Counted from the stretch's first letter, positions 7,991-18,806 are shown. The stretch: 54,865 bases of DNA from Coraliomargaritaceae bacterium (GCA_965656495.1 CBFHKU010000008.1:27739-82603), one strand, 5' to 3'. Translations and numbers: made by a program. Notes: a model not told the origin generated them from the sequence alone.

Positions 7991-9442
7991 TTAATCGTAG
8001 CGGCGGCGGAGGTTGGTGGCGAGGATGCCGAGGGCTTCGCGGTATTTTGCGACGGTGCGGCGGGCGATTTTGATGTCTTTTTCCTGCAATAGATTAACAA
8101 TGGCCTGGTCGCTGAGGGGTTTGGCGGGGTCCTCGTCTTCGATCAACTGGGCGATCATATCCTGCACGGATTTGTTGGAGACGGCGTCTCCGGTGGCGGA
8201 TTTGTAGCCGGTGGTGAAGAAGTATTTGAAGGGGAAGGTGCCGTGGGGGGTGCGGATGTATTTGTTGGCGGTGGCGCGGCTGATGGTGGTCTCGTGAACG
8301 CCGACGACTTGCGCGACGGTGTTCATGGTGAGGGGTCGGAGTTTTGCGATGCCTTCTTCGAAAAATTCGCGCTGATGGATGAGGAGTTCGCGGGTGATGC
8401 GTTCGATGGTTTGTTGGCGTTGCTCAATGGAATTGATCAGGAATTTTCCGGAGCGGAGGCGTTCGAGGAGAAATTCCTTTTCGGATTTACTGAGGGTGCT
8501 TTTGGCGAGCATGGCCTTGTAGGTGCTGTTGATCCGGAGCTTGGGGATGTAATCGTTGTGGAGGTGCACTTGCCATTGGTCGTATTCGTCGAGGAAGACG
8601 GTGACATCGGGGTCGACGACGGTGTTGCTGTCGGGAGCGAAGCGTTTGCCGGGGGCGGGGTCGAGCCGTCCGATTTGAGTGATGGCGTCCTGGATTTCAT
8701 CGGGTTTAGCGCCGGTGAAGCGGGCGAGTTCGGGGATGCGGCGCCGTACAAGGAGTTTAAAGTGTTCGCGCAGGATGCGGCGGGGGAGGCTTGCTTCGTT
8801 GTGACCGAGGCGGGTGAGCTGGGTATCGAGGCAATCCCGGAGGTCTGCGGTTCCGATTCCGGCGGGGTCAAAGGACTTGAGGCGTTCGGAGGCCGCCTGC
8901 ATGAGTCCGAGGGGGAGGCGTGACTGGAGGGCGCAGTTGGAAAGGCTTTCGGTGAGGAAACCGTGATCGTCGAGGCTTCCGATGAGGTAGAGGAGTGCTT
9001 CGCGCTCGCTTTCGGTGCAGTTGGTGAGTTCCGCTTGTTGGATGAGGTGCTGCTGGAGGGAGGTACCGAGCACGAGGGAATTGAGGAAGTGTTCACGGCG
9101 CGCCTCGTCTTCGCTGTTGTAGCTTTGGCCGCTGTTTTCTTCGGCGAATTGTTGACGGATGTCTTCGTTGAGGCGATCGAGGGTTGAGAAATCCTCGGCG
9201 TCGAAGTTGAGTTCGTCGCTTTCGCCGCTGCGGTCTTCGTCTTTGTTTTGGCTCAAGTCCTCAACGCTAATGCTGTCGAGGGGCAGTTCCTCGAGTAGGG
9301 GATTGTTTTGAAGTTCTTCGAGGATGGAGGTGCGTAATTCTGTCGCGGGTGCCTGCAGGATTTTGAGGGAATTGCGCAACTGTGGCGCAAGTACCTGTGA
9401 TTGCGTCTGTTTTTGGCTTTGTTGGAATTCCTGTGCACACAT
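7991..9442 (-). CDS. rpoN: RNA polymerase sigma-54 factor
   Basis: Gln-rich region I ([19 protein letters not shown]), [12 protein letters not shown], RpoN box [10 protein letters not shown]. Start at ATG 9442. Confidence 0.96.
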   Translation of the reverse strand: MCAQEFQQSQKQTQSQVLAPQLRNSLKILQAPATELRTSILEELQNNPLLEELPLDSISVEDLSQNKDEDRSGESDELNFDAEDFSTLDRLNEDIRQQFAEENSGQSYNSEDEARREHFLNSLVLGTSLQQHLIQQAELTNCTESEREALLYLIGSLDDHGFLTESLSNCALQSRLPLGLMQAASERLKSFDPAGIGTADLRDCLDTQLTRLGHNEASLPRRILREHFKLLVRRRIPELARFTGAKPDEIQDAITQIGRLDPAPGKRFAPDSNTVVDPDVTVFLDEYDQWQVHLHNDYIPKLRINSTYKAMLAKSTLSKSEKEFLLERLRSGKFLINSIEQRQQTIERITRELLIHQREFFEEGIAKLRPLTMNTVAQVVGVHETTISRATANKYIRTPHGTFPFKYFFTTGYKSATGDAVSNKSVQDMIAQLIEDEDPAKPLSDQAIVNLLQEKDIKIARRTVAKYREALGILATNLRRRYD

Positions 9443-9497
9443 GTTGGTCAGGATACAAAAACAATTTTTTATAAGAAAAACAAGTAGATTTGCGATT

Positions 9498-9514
9498 CTA
9501 GCACGAAAATTGCT
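9498..9514 (+). promoter_or_regulatory. Near-consensus sigma-54 (-24/-12) site between divergent rpoN and iscA-like genes
   Basis: CTAGCACGAAAATTGCT against consensus YTGGCACGNNNNTTGCW: one mismatch, in the GG dinucleotide. Confidence 0.45.
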
Positions 9515-9565
9515 GTAGCTTTTGTGTTTGTTGACAAGCTGCAAAATCCGCAGTTCATTATTGTT

Positions 9566-9883
9566 ATGTTGACTTTAACGGAAGCAGCGGCGGCACAGAT
9601 AGGTCGTCTCCAGGCAGAGCAAGCGGATGGAACGCAACGTTTGCGCATTTTCGTAGATGCGGGGGGCTGCTCGGGTTTTGAGTATGGGATGTCCTTCGAC
9701 TCGAAGAAGGAGGGCGATCATGAGTTTGAGGACAAGGGAGTCTCCTTTTTCATGGATGCTGCCAGTCTGGAGTATATGAAGGGCAGCGTGGTGGAATTTG
9801 ATGACAGCCTGCACGGCAAGGGTTTTCAGATAAAAAATCCGAACGCAACGAACACCTGCGGTTGCGGTCGCTCTTTCAATTAG
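9566..9883 (+). CDS. A-type Fe-S carrier (IscA/ErpA/HesB family)
   Basis: [30 protein letters not shown]. Confidence 0.92.
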   Translation: MLTLTEAAAAQIGRLQAEQADGTQRLRIFVDAGGCSGFEYGMSFDSKKEGDHEFEDKGVSFFMDAASLEYMKGSVVEFDDSLHGKGFQIKNPNATNTCGCGRSFN

Positions 9884-9964
9884 ACCACCTAGTGCGTTTC
9901 GCAAATCGCGGCGGGAAACATTTTATGTTTTCCAATTAGACCCTTCTTGGTTAAGTGTTTTGGT

Positions 9965-11647
9965 ATGTCTCAAAAAGCACCACCGTTTCACTACGAAAAA
10001 CCATTTCCGCTTGGGGATGATGGCACGGAATACACTTTGTTAACGGACGGCTTTGTCGAAGCGGAAGTATTTGAAGGTCGCAGTATATTGAAGGTCGACC
10101 CGGCGGGTTTGACCTATCTTGCCGAGACGGCGATGCGTGAGATCGCTTTCAAATTGCGAAGGGCGCATTTGGAACAAGTGGCAGCGATTCTGGAGGATCC
10201 CGAGGCGACTGAAAATGACCGGACGATTGCCTTGACGCTCCTGCGCAATGCGGAGGTTTCGGCGCATGGGGTTTTGCCGTTTTGTCAGGACACCGGAACG
10301 GCGATCATCCTCGGGAAGAAAGGGCAGGCTATCTGGACCGGTGGCGGTGATGCCGCCGCGCTGGCGGAAGGAGTCTACAACACCTACACCAAGGAGAATT
10401 TGCGATACTCGCAAACCGCGCCCCTGAGCATGTATGAAGAGGTGAACACCGGTTGTAATCTGCCGGCGCAGATTGATCTGCTCGCGACTGACGGCGAGGC
10501 GTATGAGTTTTTGTTTGTGGCAAAAGGCGGGGGTTCTGCGAACAAGAGTTTCCTGTTTCAGGAAACGAAGGCGCTCTTGAATCCGGCGAATCTGGAAAAA
10601 TTTTGTATTGAAAAAATGGGTACGCTCGGGACTTCGGCTTGCCCGCCGTATCACATTGCGATCGTGATTGGGGGGACCTCTGCGGAGACGACCATGAAGA
10701 CCGTAAAGCTGGCTTCGACGAAATATTACGATTCGTTACCAAAGAGCGGGAACAAACATGGGCGGGCGTTCCGCGACAAGGCGTTGGAATCAAAGCTTTT
10801 AGACTACACGCGGGAGATGGGTTACGGTGCGCAGTTTGGCGGTAAATACTTCGCACTGGATATTCGGGTGATTCGGTTGCCGCGCCACGGGGCGTCTTGT
10901 CCGGTGGGGCTGGGGGTATCGTGTTCGGCGGACCGCAACGTGCGAGCGCGGATCGATAAGGACGGTATTTGGCTGGAGACTTTGGAGTCCAACCCCGGGC
11001 GTTTCCTGCCTGCGGAGGGTGAGATTGAAAAACCCAAGGATCCGGTTGCGGTGGACCTCAATCGTCCGATGCAGGTGATTTTGGAGGAATTGAGCCAATA
11101 CCCGGTGGCGACGCCCCTGTCGTTGACGGGAACGATTGTGGTGGCGCGTGACATGGCGCACGCTAAATTAAAGGAACGGCTGGATCGCGGGGAGGGACTG
11201 CCGGAATATTTCAAGAATCACCCGGTTTATTATGCTGGACCGGCGAAAACGCCGGAGGGGAAGCCCTCGGGTTCATTTGGTCCGACCACTGCGGGTCGGA
11301 TGGATGCGTACGTTGAGCCGTTTCAGGCGGCTGGGGGTTCGATGATAATGCTGGCAAAGGGAAACCGTTCTGCTGCGGTAACGGATGCGTGTAAAGCGCA
11401 CGGCGGCTTTTATCTGGGTTCGATTGGGGGTCCGGCGGCGCTCTTGGCGGAGCATAACATTAAGAAGATCGAAGTGCTGGAGTATGAGGAACTCGGAATG
11501 GAGGCCATTTGGAAGATCGAAGTGGAGGACTTCCCAGCTTACATTTTGGTGGACGACAAGGGGAATGACTTTTTCTCCGGGGTGCGTGAGGCTTGCGACA
11601 AGTGTGCAATGAAGGCCTTTGAAGCAGCAAAAGCGAGCACGGCATAA
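9965..11647 (+). CDS. fumA: Fumarate hydratase class I (Fe-S)
   Basis: [42 protein letters not shown]. Confidence 0.94.
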   Translation: MSQKAPPFHYEKPFPLGDDGTEYTLLTDGFVEAEVFEGRSILKVDPAGLTYLAETAMREIAFKLRRAHLEQVAAILEDPEATENDRTIALTLLRNAEVSAHGVLPFCQDTGTAIILGKKGQAIWTGGGDAAALAEGVYNTYTKENLRYSQTAPLSMYEEVNTGCNLPAQIDLLATDGEAYEFLFVAKGGGSANKSFLFQETKALLNPANLEKFCIEKMGTLGTSACPPYHIAIVIGGTSAETTMKTVKLASTKYYDSLPKSGNKHGRAFRDKALESKLLDYTREMGYGAQFGGKYFALDIRVIRLPRHGASCPVGLGVSCSADRNVRARIDKDGIWLETLESNPGRFLPAEGEIEKPKDPVAVDLNRPMQVILEELSQYPVATPLSLTGTIVVARDMAHAKLKERLDRGEGLPEYFKNHPVYYAGPAKTPEGKPSGSFGPTTAGRMDAYVEPFQAAGGSMIMLAKGNRSAAVTDACKAHGGFYLGSIGGPAALLAEHNIKKIEVLEYEELGMEAIWKIEVEDFPAYILVDDKGNDFFSGVREACDKCAMKAFEAAKASTA

Positions 11648-11663
11648 ATGGATATTATAAGCT

Positions 11664-12155
11664 ATGTCCGAGAGCCGATATCTTTTGATTGATGCGTATA
11701 ATGTCATCCACGCCACAGAGTCGCTGCGTAAATTGATGGCGGGTCAATTGGATTTGGCGCGCGATCAATTGGCGGAAATGGTGCGCCCGATTCATGATGC
11801 GGAGGCGATCCGAGTGGCGTTGATTCTGGATAGCCGCAAGGAAAGCCTGGAGGTGGAGTATCCATTTGGGGCACGGACCTTTGAATACCTCTACGCACCG
11901 GCGGCATTGACGGCGGACGGGGTGATTGAGCGCATCGTGAAGCGTGTTCGTGAACCTTCGGGTGTGAGTGTGGTGAGCAATGACAACATGGTACGGGAAG
12001 CAACGCGGGCGAGTGGGGCGATGGCATTGCGACCGGAAGAACTCTTTAGTTGGGCGCAAGCCTGTGAAAAGCGACTGCAACAGGACACGCGCCGTCACAA
12101 TAAGAAGAACCAGCAAATTTTTCGGAACGGTCTGGATATAGATCTGCAACTTTGA
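11664..12155 (+). CDS. NYN-domain protein (YacP/Rae1-like RNase)
   Basis: YLLIDAYNVI, TADGVIE and VVSND acidic PIN/NYN motifs. Confidence 0.8.
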   Translation: MSESRYLLIDAYNVIHATESLRKLMAGQLDLARDQLAEMVRPIHDAEAIRVALILDSRKESLEVEYPFGARTFEYLYAPAALTADGVIERIVKRVREPSGVSVVSNDNMVREATRASGAMALRPEELFSWAQACEKRLQQDTRRHNKKNQQIFRNGLDIDLQL

Positions 12156-12167
12156 ATTTGGTGTACA

Positions 12168-13391
12168 ATGAGCGAGACGAGACAAGTAGAGGAGCTGCAT
12201 GGATTATATGGCGCTTTTACGATGTCGGAGCGGGTCTTGCAGCAGATTTGGTTGAGGCAGGATTTCGAATGCTTGGATCTCAGGACCGCTTCGGGTGAGT
12301 CGCTGGAGATCGTCGATCCCGGGAGCTGGAATCATGGAGGCGGACCGGATTTCCTGAATGCAGTACTACGCATTGCGGGCGAATTGCGAACGGGGGATGT
12401 GGAGGTTCATTTTTATGAGACGGATTGGCAGGCGCATGGGCACGATCGAAATTCAAATTTTAACAAAGTTGTGCTGCATGTGGTTTTGTTTGAACCGAGG
12501 TCATTGGATCGCGACATCAGGCCTGCAAAAACAGCAGCAGGTCAGGTCTTGGAGGTTTTTTATTTGATGCCCAAGTTGCACTGCGATTTGGAGTCGTATG
12601 CTGAGGCGGCGGCCTTGCGTGAAATGGAGACGGTCGATCATTTGGAATGGGTAAACGCTTTTATGGCTTTGGACGAGGCAAGGCGGCGGGCAATTTTGAA
12701 GTGGGCGGGACAACAGCGTTGGAAACAGAAGGTTGTTTATGCGAAGCAACGGTTGGAGTCGGCAGGGTGGCGCAAGGCATGTCATTGTTATCTGCTGGAG
12801 GTGTTGGGTTATGCGCGCAACCGTTTGCCCATGGCGCGTATCGCGGAGCGCTACCCGCTGGAATGGTGGGAATCGGGCGCGTTTGAGGTCGAGGCGGCAC
12901 ATGCATCGGAGCAGGAGAATTGGGCGCGGGGCGGCCAACGACCTGCAAACAATCCCCGGCGACGCCTGATGGATTACATGCGTCTGGCGCAGGCGGTGCC
13001 GGATTGGCCGGGCAAATTGCGGGCGGCATTACAAGGTTTGCCCGGTGTGTCTGAGGAAGGATCAACGGCGGCATTTCGGCGGCGCGTTGGGATGCCCATG
13101 CTGCAAGCAGAATTCCACTGCAATCATCTGGGTAAGGTTGCGGGGCTTACGCGTTGTAATACCGCGATGGTCGATGCTTTTTTGCCGATGGCGCAGGCGG
13201 AGGGTCTGCTCGATTCATTTTGGTATTGGTGGCATTGGCCGGCGGGGGATCGGCCGGACCGGCAGTATCAGTTCTTGAAAAAAGTCGGTCTGTGCAATCG
13301 AAGTAATCCCTTGTGCAATGGCTGGGTGCAGGGAGTTTTGCAGCTTTTTATTGAAGGCGGGTGGCAGGGTGATTGCATTGACCTGCCCTGA
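12168..13391 (+). CDS. DUF2851-family protein
   Basis: E..LQQIW, PGSWNHGGGPDF..A, GDVEVH, DWQAHGHD..NFNKVVLHVV. Confidence 0.8.
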   Translation: MSETRQVEELHGLYGAFTMSERVLQQIWLRQDFECLDLRTASGESLEIVDPGSWNHGGGPDFLNAVLRIAGELRTGDVEVHFYETDWQAHGHDRNSNFNKVVLHVVLFEPRSLDRDIRPAKTAAGQVLEVFYLMPKLHCDLESYAEAAALREMETVDHLEWVNAFMALDEARRRAILKWAGQQRWKQKVVYAKQRLESAGWRKACHCYLLEVLGYARNRLPMARIAERYPLEWWESGAFEVEAAHASEQENWARGGQRPANNPRRRLMDYMRLAQAVPDWPGKLRAALQGLPGVSEEGSTAAFRRRVGMPMLQAEFHCNHLGKVAGLTRCNTAMVDAFLPMAQAEGLLDSFWYWWHWPAGDRPDRQYQFLKKVGLCNRSNPLCNGWVQGVLQLFIEGGWQGDCIDLP

Positions 13392-13414
13392 GTTTGCGCT
13401 ATTGAATAGTGGCG

Positions 13415-14035
13415 ATGGCGGGATTTGATGAAAATATAGTACGCGAGTATTTTGAGGTGAATGGATTTTTCGTCCGGCAGCTTCGGAAATACTCGGTGCA
13501 ATCACGGAAGAAACGGGCGGATGAGGAGATCGATATGGTCGTCTTTAATCCGGCGGTGTCGGGCGATACCGGAGAGGGGTCGAGCTTTCAGCTTTTTTCG
13601 GGCGACGTTGCGCGTATTCGTCGGGCGGTGGTGGTGGTGAAGGGATGGCATACCTCGCGCTTCACGCCCGCAATGTTGCGCAGCAGTAGCAAGATTTTTG
13701 ATTTTCTCAAAAAGGATGTTCTCAATAAAGCGGAGTCTTATTTTAGATTTGATGAACCCGGCATTGATGCAACGGTGGCAGCGGAGGCCGCTTCCTTTTC
13801 CAAGATTTTAGTTTTACCGGGTCTCCCGACTGCGGATCCGCAGCGCAGTGAAAGTATCGAACTCCTCAAGGAGCGGGGGATCGATGGAATCATCGCCTTC
13901 AGCACGATTCTCGAAAATCTCTTGCGTCATGTGGAGGTAAACCACAGTTACCAGAAGTCGGATTTGTTGCAATTGCTACGAATTCTGAAACTCTACGATA
14001 TGGTGAAAACACCGCAGATGACCCTGTTTAACTAA
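13415..14035 (+). CDS. Conserved hypothetical protein, possible PD-(D/E)XK-like fold
   Basis: E..VREYFE.NGFFV, EIDMVVFN, VVVKGWH pattern. Co-oriented within the operon. Confidence 0.65.
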   Translation: MAGFDENIVREYFEVNGFFVRQLRKYSVQSRKKRADEEIDMVVFNPAVSGDTGEGSSFQLFSGDVARIRRAVVVVKGWHTSRFTPAMLRSSSKIFDFLKKDVLNKAESYFRFDEPGIDATVAAEAASFSKILVLPGLPTADPQRSESIELLKERGIDGIIAFSTILENLLRHVEVNHSYQKSDLLQLLRILKLYDMVKTPQMTLFN

Positions 14036-14045
14036 GACCCAAAAG

Positions 14046-14840
14046 ATGAAAATACATTCTACCGCCGTTGTCGATGAGGGGGCTGTCCTGGGAGCCGGCT
14101 GTAGCGTTGGGCCGTATGCGATCATTGAAGGGGGCGTTCAACTCGGGGAAGGTTGTGAGATCGCCTCGCACGTGGTGCTGCGCGCGGGCACGCGTCTCGG
14201 AGATGAAGTGCGGGTAGATTCGTTCTCGGTATTGGGTGGCGAGCCGCAATCAATCGGCTTCGATGCTTCAATTGAGAGCGGGGTGCATGTCGGTGACCGG
14301 GTGGTTTTCCGCGAGGGGTGTACGGTGCACCGATCGATGTATGCGGGGAAAGCGACGACGATTGGGAGTGATTGTTTTTTTATGGCGCAGGCACATGTCG
14401 CGCACGACTGTGAGTTGGGTGACGCGGTGATTGTGGCGAATGCGGTATTGCTTGCCGGGCACGTACAGGTGGGCGAGCGTTGTTTCTTAGGTGGTGGAAG
14501 TGGGGTGCATCAGTTTTGTCGCATTGGTGCCTACACCATCCTTGCGGGGCATGCCTTGATGACGGTTGATGTGCCGCCCGCCTGTATGGCGGCGGGCCGG
14601 AATGCGGTGCATGGTTTGAACCTGGTCGGCCTGCGCCGTGCCAAGATCGACCCGGAAGTGGTTCAGGATTTAAAGGCGTGTTTTCATGCGGTTTATAAGG
14701 GCGGCGGTAACTACAAGGCAAAGGCAAGGGCCGCCCTGGAGGAGGGAAGTTTGGGCTTGTCACCGATGGGGCAGGCTTTTCTTGGATTTTTTGAAATGGG
14801 GAAACGTGGTTTTGCCAGTCCGCAGAATAATGAGGGATAA
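14046..14840 (+). CDS. lpxA: Acyl-ACP--UDP-GlcNAc O-acyltransferase
   Basis: Hexapeptide repeats, GGEPQ, HVAHDC, LAGHV, VHQFCRIG, GLNLVGLRR. Confidence 0.92.
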   Translation: MKIHSTAVVDEGAVLGAGCSVGPYAIIEGGVQLGEGCEIASHVVLRAGTRLGDEVRVDSFSVLGGEPQSIGFDASIESGVHVGDRVVFREGCTVHRSMYAGKATTIGSDCFFMAQAHVAHDCELGDAVIVANAVLLAGHVQVGERCFLGGGSGVHQFCRIGAYTILAGHALMTVDVPPACMAAGRNAVHGLNLVGLRRAKIDPEVVQDLKACFHAVYKGGGNYKAKARAALEEGSLGLSPMGQAFLGFFEMGKRGFASPQNNEG

Positions 14841-15768
14841 AACAGAAGAGCCGCCTTTGGCGTTGACTTGCGGGGATCCTTCGGGGGTGGGTCCGGAGGT
14901 GATTGCCGGGGCGCTGGAGCAGGATCGGAATCAAGGTGGGGATTGCTTCTTACTTGGGCCGGAGGCATGGGCGAAGCCTTTGGCGGCGCGTTTTGGAATC
15001 GGCTATGAATCGGTGGGTGCGGTTGATTTTGAAATGAGACCCGGTGAACCGTCCGAGGCAGCGGCGACGGTGGCTCTGGCGGCACTGGAGACAGGGGCGG
15101 CGGGTTGCGCCTCGGGACGTTTTCGTGCGGTGGTCACAGGGCCGGTCAGTAAGGCTTGGCTGCAAAAGGTCGGGTTCGAGCACCCCGGGCAAACCGAATT
15201 CTTCGCCGCCAAATGGGGCGGAGAGCCCACGATGGCTTTTGTGGGTCAATCCTTGCGGGTGGTTTTGGCAACCTGGCATATTCCACTGGCGCAGGTTCCG
15301 GCGGCACTGACCGCGACGAGTTTGAGGCGTGCGGTTGAGCGCGCGGACGGATTGGCGCGTCGCTTGGGTATTTCGGAGCCTCGAATCGGGGTTTGCGGGC
15401 TGAACCCTCACGCGGGAGAGGGCGGACTTTTGGGGCATGAAGAGGAGGAGATTTTGAATCCTGTCCTGCGTGAGTTGCGGGGGCAGTACCCCGGGGTATC
15501 GGAATGCCTGCCCGGGGATACGGTATTCAACCGACAAAAAAAGGGTGACTTTGATGTGGTGGTTGCGGCGTACCACGATCAGGGTTTGGCGGCGGTCAAA
15601 ACGCTCGAGTTTGATACCGCCGTCAATGTCACGCTCGGTCTGCCGCACTTGCGAACCAGCCCGGATCACGGGACTGCGTATGCGCTCGCGGGAAAAGGGA
15701 GCGCAGATAGCGGTAGTTTTTTATCGGCTTTACAGTTGGCGCGAGAGTTGACCGCTTGGCGCAGATGA
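14830..15768 (+). CDS. pdxA: 4-hydroxythreonine-4-phosphate dehydrogenase
   Basis: GDPSGVGPE, GLNPHAGE, YHDQGL, NVTLGLP..RTSPDHGTA. Confidence 0.93.
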   Translation: MRDKTEEPPLALTCGDPSGVGPEVIAGALEQDRNQGGDCFLLGPEAWAKPLAARFGIGYESVGAVDFEMRPGEPSEAAATVALAALETGAAGCASGRFRAVVTGPVSKAWLQKVGFEHPGQTEFFAAKWGGEPTMAFVGQSLRVVLATWHIPLAQVPAALTATSLRRAVERADGLARRLGISEPRIGVCGLNPHAGEGGLLGHEEEEILNPVLRELRGQYPGVSECLPGDTVFNRQKKGDFDVVVAAYHDQGLAAVKTLEFDTAVNVTLGLPHLRTSPDHGTAYALAGKGSADSGSFLSALQLARELTAWRR

Positions 15769-16154
15769 GTTTGTTTGAAGTGATGTCGATGACGAATGTA
15801 TTGCCCGAGGGGGTGCGTGAGGGGAACGAAAAGCTGCTGGAGGTGACTGCTGAAGCCGGCGAAAAGTTAGTTCAACTGCTCGCACGCGAAGAAAAGGGTG
15901 AATTTCTGCGGGTGAAAATAACGGGGGGCGGTTGCAATGGTCTGGTTTACAATATGAAATTTGTGGAGGAGGCGAAACGTGGGGACATTTTGGTGCGTGC
16001 ATTTGGTGCGGCGATTCTGGTGGATTCCCGCAGTGCGCTTTACCTCAAGGGCACAAAACTGGACTATTCCAGCAAGCTTGTGGGGGGTGGCTTCAAGTTC
16101 ACCAACCCCAATGCCACCGCAAATTGTAGCTGTGGAGAAAGTTTCAGCATCTGA
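15765..16154 (+). CDS. Second A-type Fe-S carrier (IscA/HesB family)
   Basis: GGGCNGLVY, NPNATANCSCGESF. ATGA overlap with the pdxA stop; true start may be slightly downstream. Confidence 0.88.
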   Translation: MSLFEVMSMTNVLPEGVREGNEKLLEVTAEAGEKLVQLLAREEKGEFLRVKITGGGCNGLVYNMKFVEEAKRGDILVRAFGAAILVDSRSALYLKGTKLDYSSKLVGGGFKFTNPNATANCSCGESFSI

Positions 16155-16339
16155 TTTTCTTTTGGGTTGAATAAAAAAAAGCAATCACTACTAAGTTATA
16201 TAAAGAATTCCTACTTTGTTAATTAAATCGAATATCGTCACACCCAAGCAATGCGTACTAGCGGGGCCAATCGCTCCACCTTTCGAGCCGGTTTTATTCT
16301 GAAAACCGCTGTAGGATTCTTCACTGATAAAAATACTTA

Positions 16340-17008
16340 ATGGCAAAATATCCTCACTCCCGCGGTCGTTACCCGAACCGCAACCGTGGCCCGAAGGGCT
16401 TAAGAAGAAATGACCGTATTCGCGCTACCGAAGTGCGCGTGATTGGACCGGAGGGCACCAACCTTGGTGTGATGACTTCCAAGAAGGCGCTGGAATTGGC
16501 CAAAAAGGTCGGACTCGACCTGATTGAAATTTCCCCCGGAGCTCGTCCGCCGGTTTGTAGAATTCTGGATTTCGGTAAGTTTCTTTACGAAGAAAGTAAG
16601 AAGCAAAAGGACAGCAAACAGGGTAAGTCCAGTGTGAAGATGAAGGAAGTGAAGTTCCGGGTCTCCATTGATCAGCATGACTTTGAGACGAAGTTGCGCC
16701 GCGCGGAAGGATTTCTCTACAGCGGAAACAAGGTCAAGCTCACGTTGCAATTCCGTGGACGTGAGATGGAGCACACCGAACTGGGAGTTGAACGGGTCAA
16801 TCTCGCCCGCGATGAACTGGCTGGAGTATCGAGCGCAGACATGGAAGCACGTCGGGTGGGTCGACAGGTCACGATGGTTTTATCTCCGCTTCCCGAGAGC
16901 AAACGTCGCTTGAAATTCAATGAAACCGAGGCTGATTTCGATCCCAATGATGAAGGGGATGCGCACGAAGATGCGGATCAGGAATCAGACGAGCAGGCGG
17001 AGTCGTAG
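16340..17008 (+). CDS. infC: Translation initiation factor IF-3
   Basis: [53 protein letters not shown]. Confidence 0.95.
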   Translation: MAKYPHSRGRYPNRNRGPKGLRRNDRIRATEVRVIGPEGTNLGVMTSKKALELAKKVGLDLIEISPGARPPVCRILDFGKFLYEESKKQKDSKQGKSSVKMKEVKFRVSIDQHDFETKLRRAEGFLYSGNKVKLTLQFRGREMEHTELGVERVNLARDELAGVSSADMEARRVGRQVTMVLSPLPESKRRLKFNETEADFDPNDEGDAHEDADQESDEQAES

Positions 17009-17084
17009 GCTCGTTTAATGTGCCTACCAGTCGATGTTGGCATAAGTTGTATTTGGGGCATCGACAATTTCAAATTTATGGGCA

Positions 17085-18722
17085 ATGCTTCAGGGTTATA
17101 TGGGTATTGTTAAAAAGATTCGTTGCTTATTCCTTTTAGTGCCGTTCTTGGCAAGTGGAGCAGGAGAGGTTGAACGCTTAATTATTTTAGCAAATAGTTC
17201 GTCTAAAGATTCGATGGCTCTGGCGCGTTACTATGCGGAGATGCGATCTATTCCTGAGGGCAATATCATCGCGTTGCCCTTACCGGAAAAAGAGACCATC
17301 AGCATTAGGGAATATGTTGATACTTTGCATAATCCTCTGCTTGAGGCGTTGTTGGATCGCCGTTTGATAATTGGTGCGAAGGCGGGTGTAGCCGATGCCC
17401 ATGGACGTAAATGGCTGGTCGCGGGACTTCATGATATCAGTTATCTGGTACCGGTGTACGGCGTGCCGCTCAGAATCAGTAATGATGCCGAAGCGATCGC
17501 GCCAAATAACGGACAAATTCCTGAAAACTTCAGATACAACCGTGCTTCAGTGGATTCAGAGTTGGCGCTGCTGGCGATGCCGGGTCGGCGCTCCATGACG
17601 GCATTTAATACGAACCCGTTCTTTGGTAATAAGGAGCCGTCCTCGCACATCCTACAAACGGCATTGCGGGTGAGTCGGCTTGATGGGCCGGATGTCAGGA
17701 CGGTTCGTTCTTTGATTGAGCGCACTTTAGAGGGCGAGCGCAAGGGGCTGCAGGGGCGTGCCTATTTTGATCTCGGGGGACCCCATGCATCGGGGGATGA
17801 ATGGTTTCGGGAGGCGAGCGAAATGGCATTAGCCGCTTATTTTGACACTACGATTGAATCAAGCAAGCGACTTTTGGATGAGCGGGATCGCTTCGATGCG
17901 CCGGCCATCTACATGGGATGGTATCGACACGATGCCTACGGAAATTTCAAAATTGCGAACTGGGACGTTCCCCCCGGTGCGCTGGCGCTTCACTTGCACA
18001 GTTTTTCAGCGACTTCCTTGCGCACTACAAACCGATATTGGCTCGGTGCCTTGGTTAAGATGGGGTTCTGTGCGACGCTTGGAAATGTCTACGAGCCCTA
18101 CCTGCAAATGACCCACCATCCGCACCGGCTTCTGGAGTCTTTGCTTGAAGGCGGCACTTGGGGAGCAGCGGCGGCTTACAGTTTGCCTAGCTTCAGTTGG
18201 ATGGGAGTTGCAATTGGTGATCCGCTTTATCGACCCTTTCAAAAAAAACTTGGGGCGCAGTTGGGGGCAGCGGATGTGCCCTATGCAGTGCTGCGCGAAG
18301 TCAATCGCATTGATTTAAATGGCAGTGCGTCAACTGCTACGACCTACCTGCGCGGGGAGTTTCAGCGCGCGCCCTCGCTGCCTCTGGCGTTTAAACTTGC
18401 CTCCCGCTATGCCGATTCAGGGGAAAGCGATAAAGCGATGGAGGTTTTGCGTGTAATGCAGTATATTACGGTCTATGCCAAGGAGGACAAGGTGTTGGTT
18501 CAGAAATTGGCAGATTTGATGGCACGATTGGATCACGAAGAACAAGCATTGGTGATTTATGAAAGGCTGCTCGGCGAGGAAGGTATCGCCAAGCCCTACA
18601 GGATAAAATTGCTTACCAAGGGTTCGGAATTGGCGACCGGGGTAGGACGGACGCGCTTGGCGGACGTTTGGTCTCAAGAATGCCTCATGCTTAAGACGCC
18701 CAAAGCGGATGGAGCCAAGTAA
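17085..18722 (+). CDS. TIGR03790-like protein (exosortase/PEP-CTERM-associated family) with TPR-like C-terminus
   Basis: IILANS.S.DS..LARYY..R.IP..N, SVDSELALL, VSRLDG, NVYEPYL, IGDPLYRPF. Confidence 0.75.
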   Translation: MLQGYMGIVKKIRCLFLLVPFLASGAGEVERLIILANSSSKDSMALARYYAEMRSIPEGNIIALPLPEKETISIREYVDTLHNPLLEALLDRRLIIGAKAGVADAHGRKWLVAGLHDISYLVPVYGVPLRISNDAEAIAPNNGQIPENFRYNRASVDSELALLAMPGRRSMTAFNTNPFFGNKEPSSHILQTALRVSRLDGPDVRTVRSLIERTLEGERKGLQGRAYFDLGGPHASGDEWFREASEMALAAYFDTTIESSKRLLDERDRFDAPAIYMGWYRHDAYGNFKIANWDVPPGALALHLHSFSATSLRTTNRYWLGALVKMGFCATLGNVYEPYLQMTHHPHRLLESLLEGGTWGAAAAYSLPSFSWMGVAIGDPLYRPFQKKLGAQLGAADVPYAVLREVNRIDLNGSASTATTYLRGEFQRAPSLPLAFKLASRYADSGESDKAMEVLRVMQYITVYAKEDKVLVQKLADLMARLDHEEQALVIYERLLGEEGIAKPYRIKLLTKGSELATGVGRTRLADVWSQECLMLKTPKADGAK

Positions 18723-18737
18723 TGCGTTCGGCTTCTT

Positions 18738-18769
18738 AATATTATTTCTTGACTAATTAACTAATATTT
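18738..18769. promoter_or_regulatory. Candidate operator/promoter upstream of cysCDN
   Basis: AATATTA...TAATATT inverted repeat enclosing TTGACTAATTAACT, resembling Rrf2-family (IscR/CymR-type) operators and a -35 box. Confidence 0.35.
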
Positions 18770-18806
18770 AGACCCTTCATCATTCAAGATTCTGCAATAA
18801 CTATCA

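Noticed and set aside
8243..9187. Long alternative ORFs overlapping rpoN (8243-8923, 8437-9096, 8963-9187)
   Set aside because: Shadow frames of a GC3-biased gene, with low-complexity translations and no motifs. The same applies to most other nested ORFs in the track.
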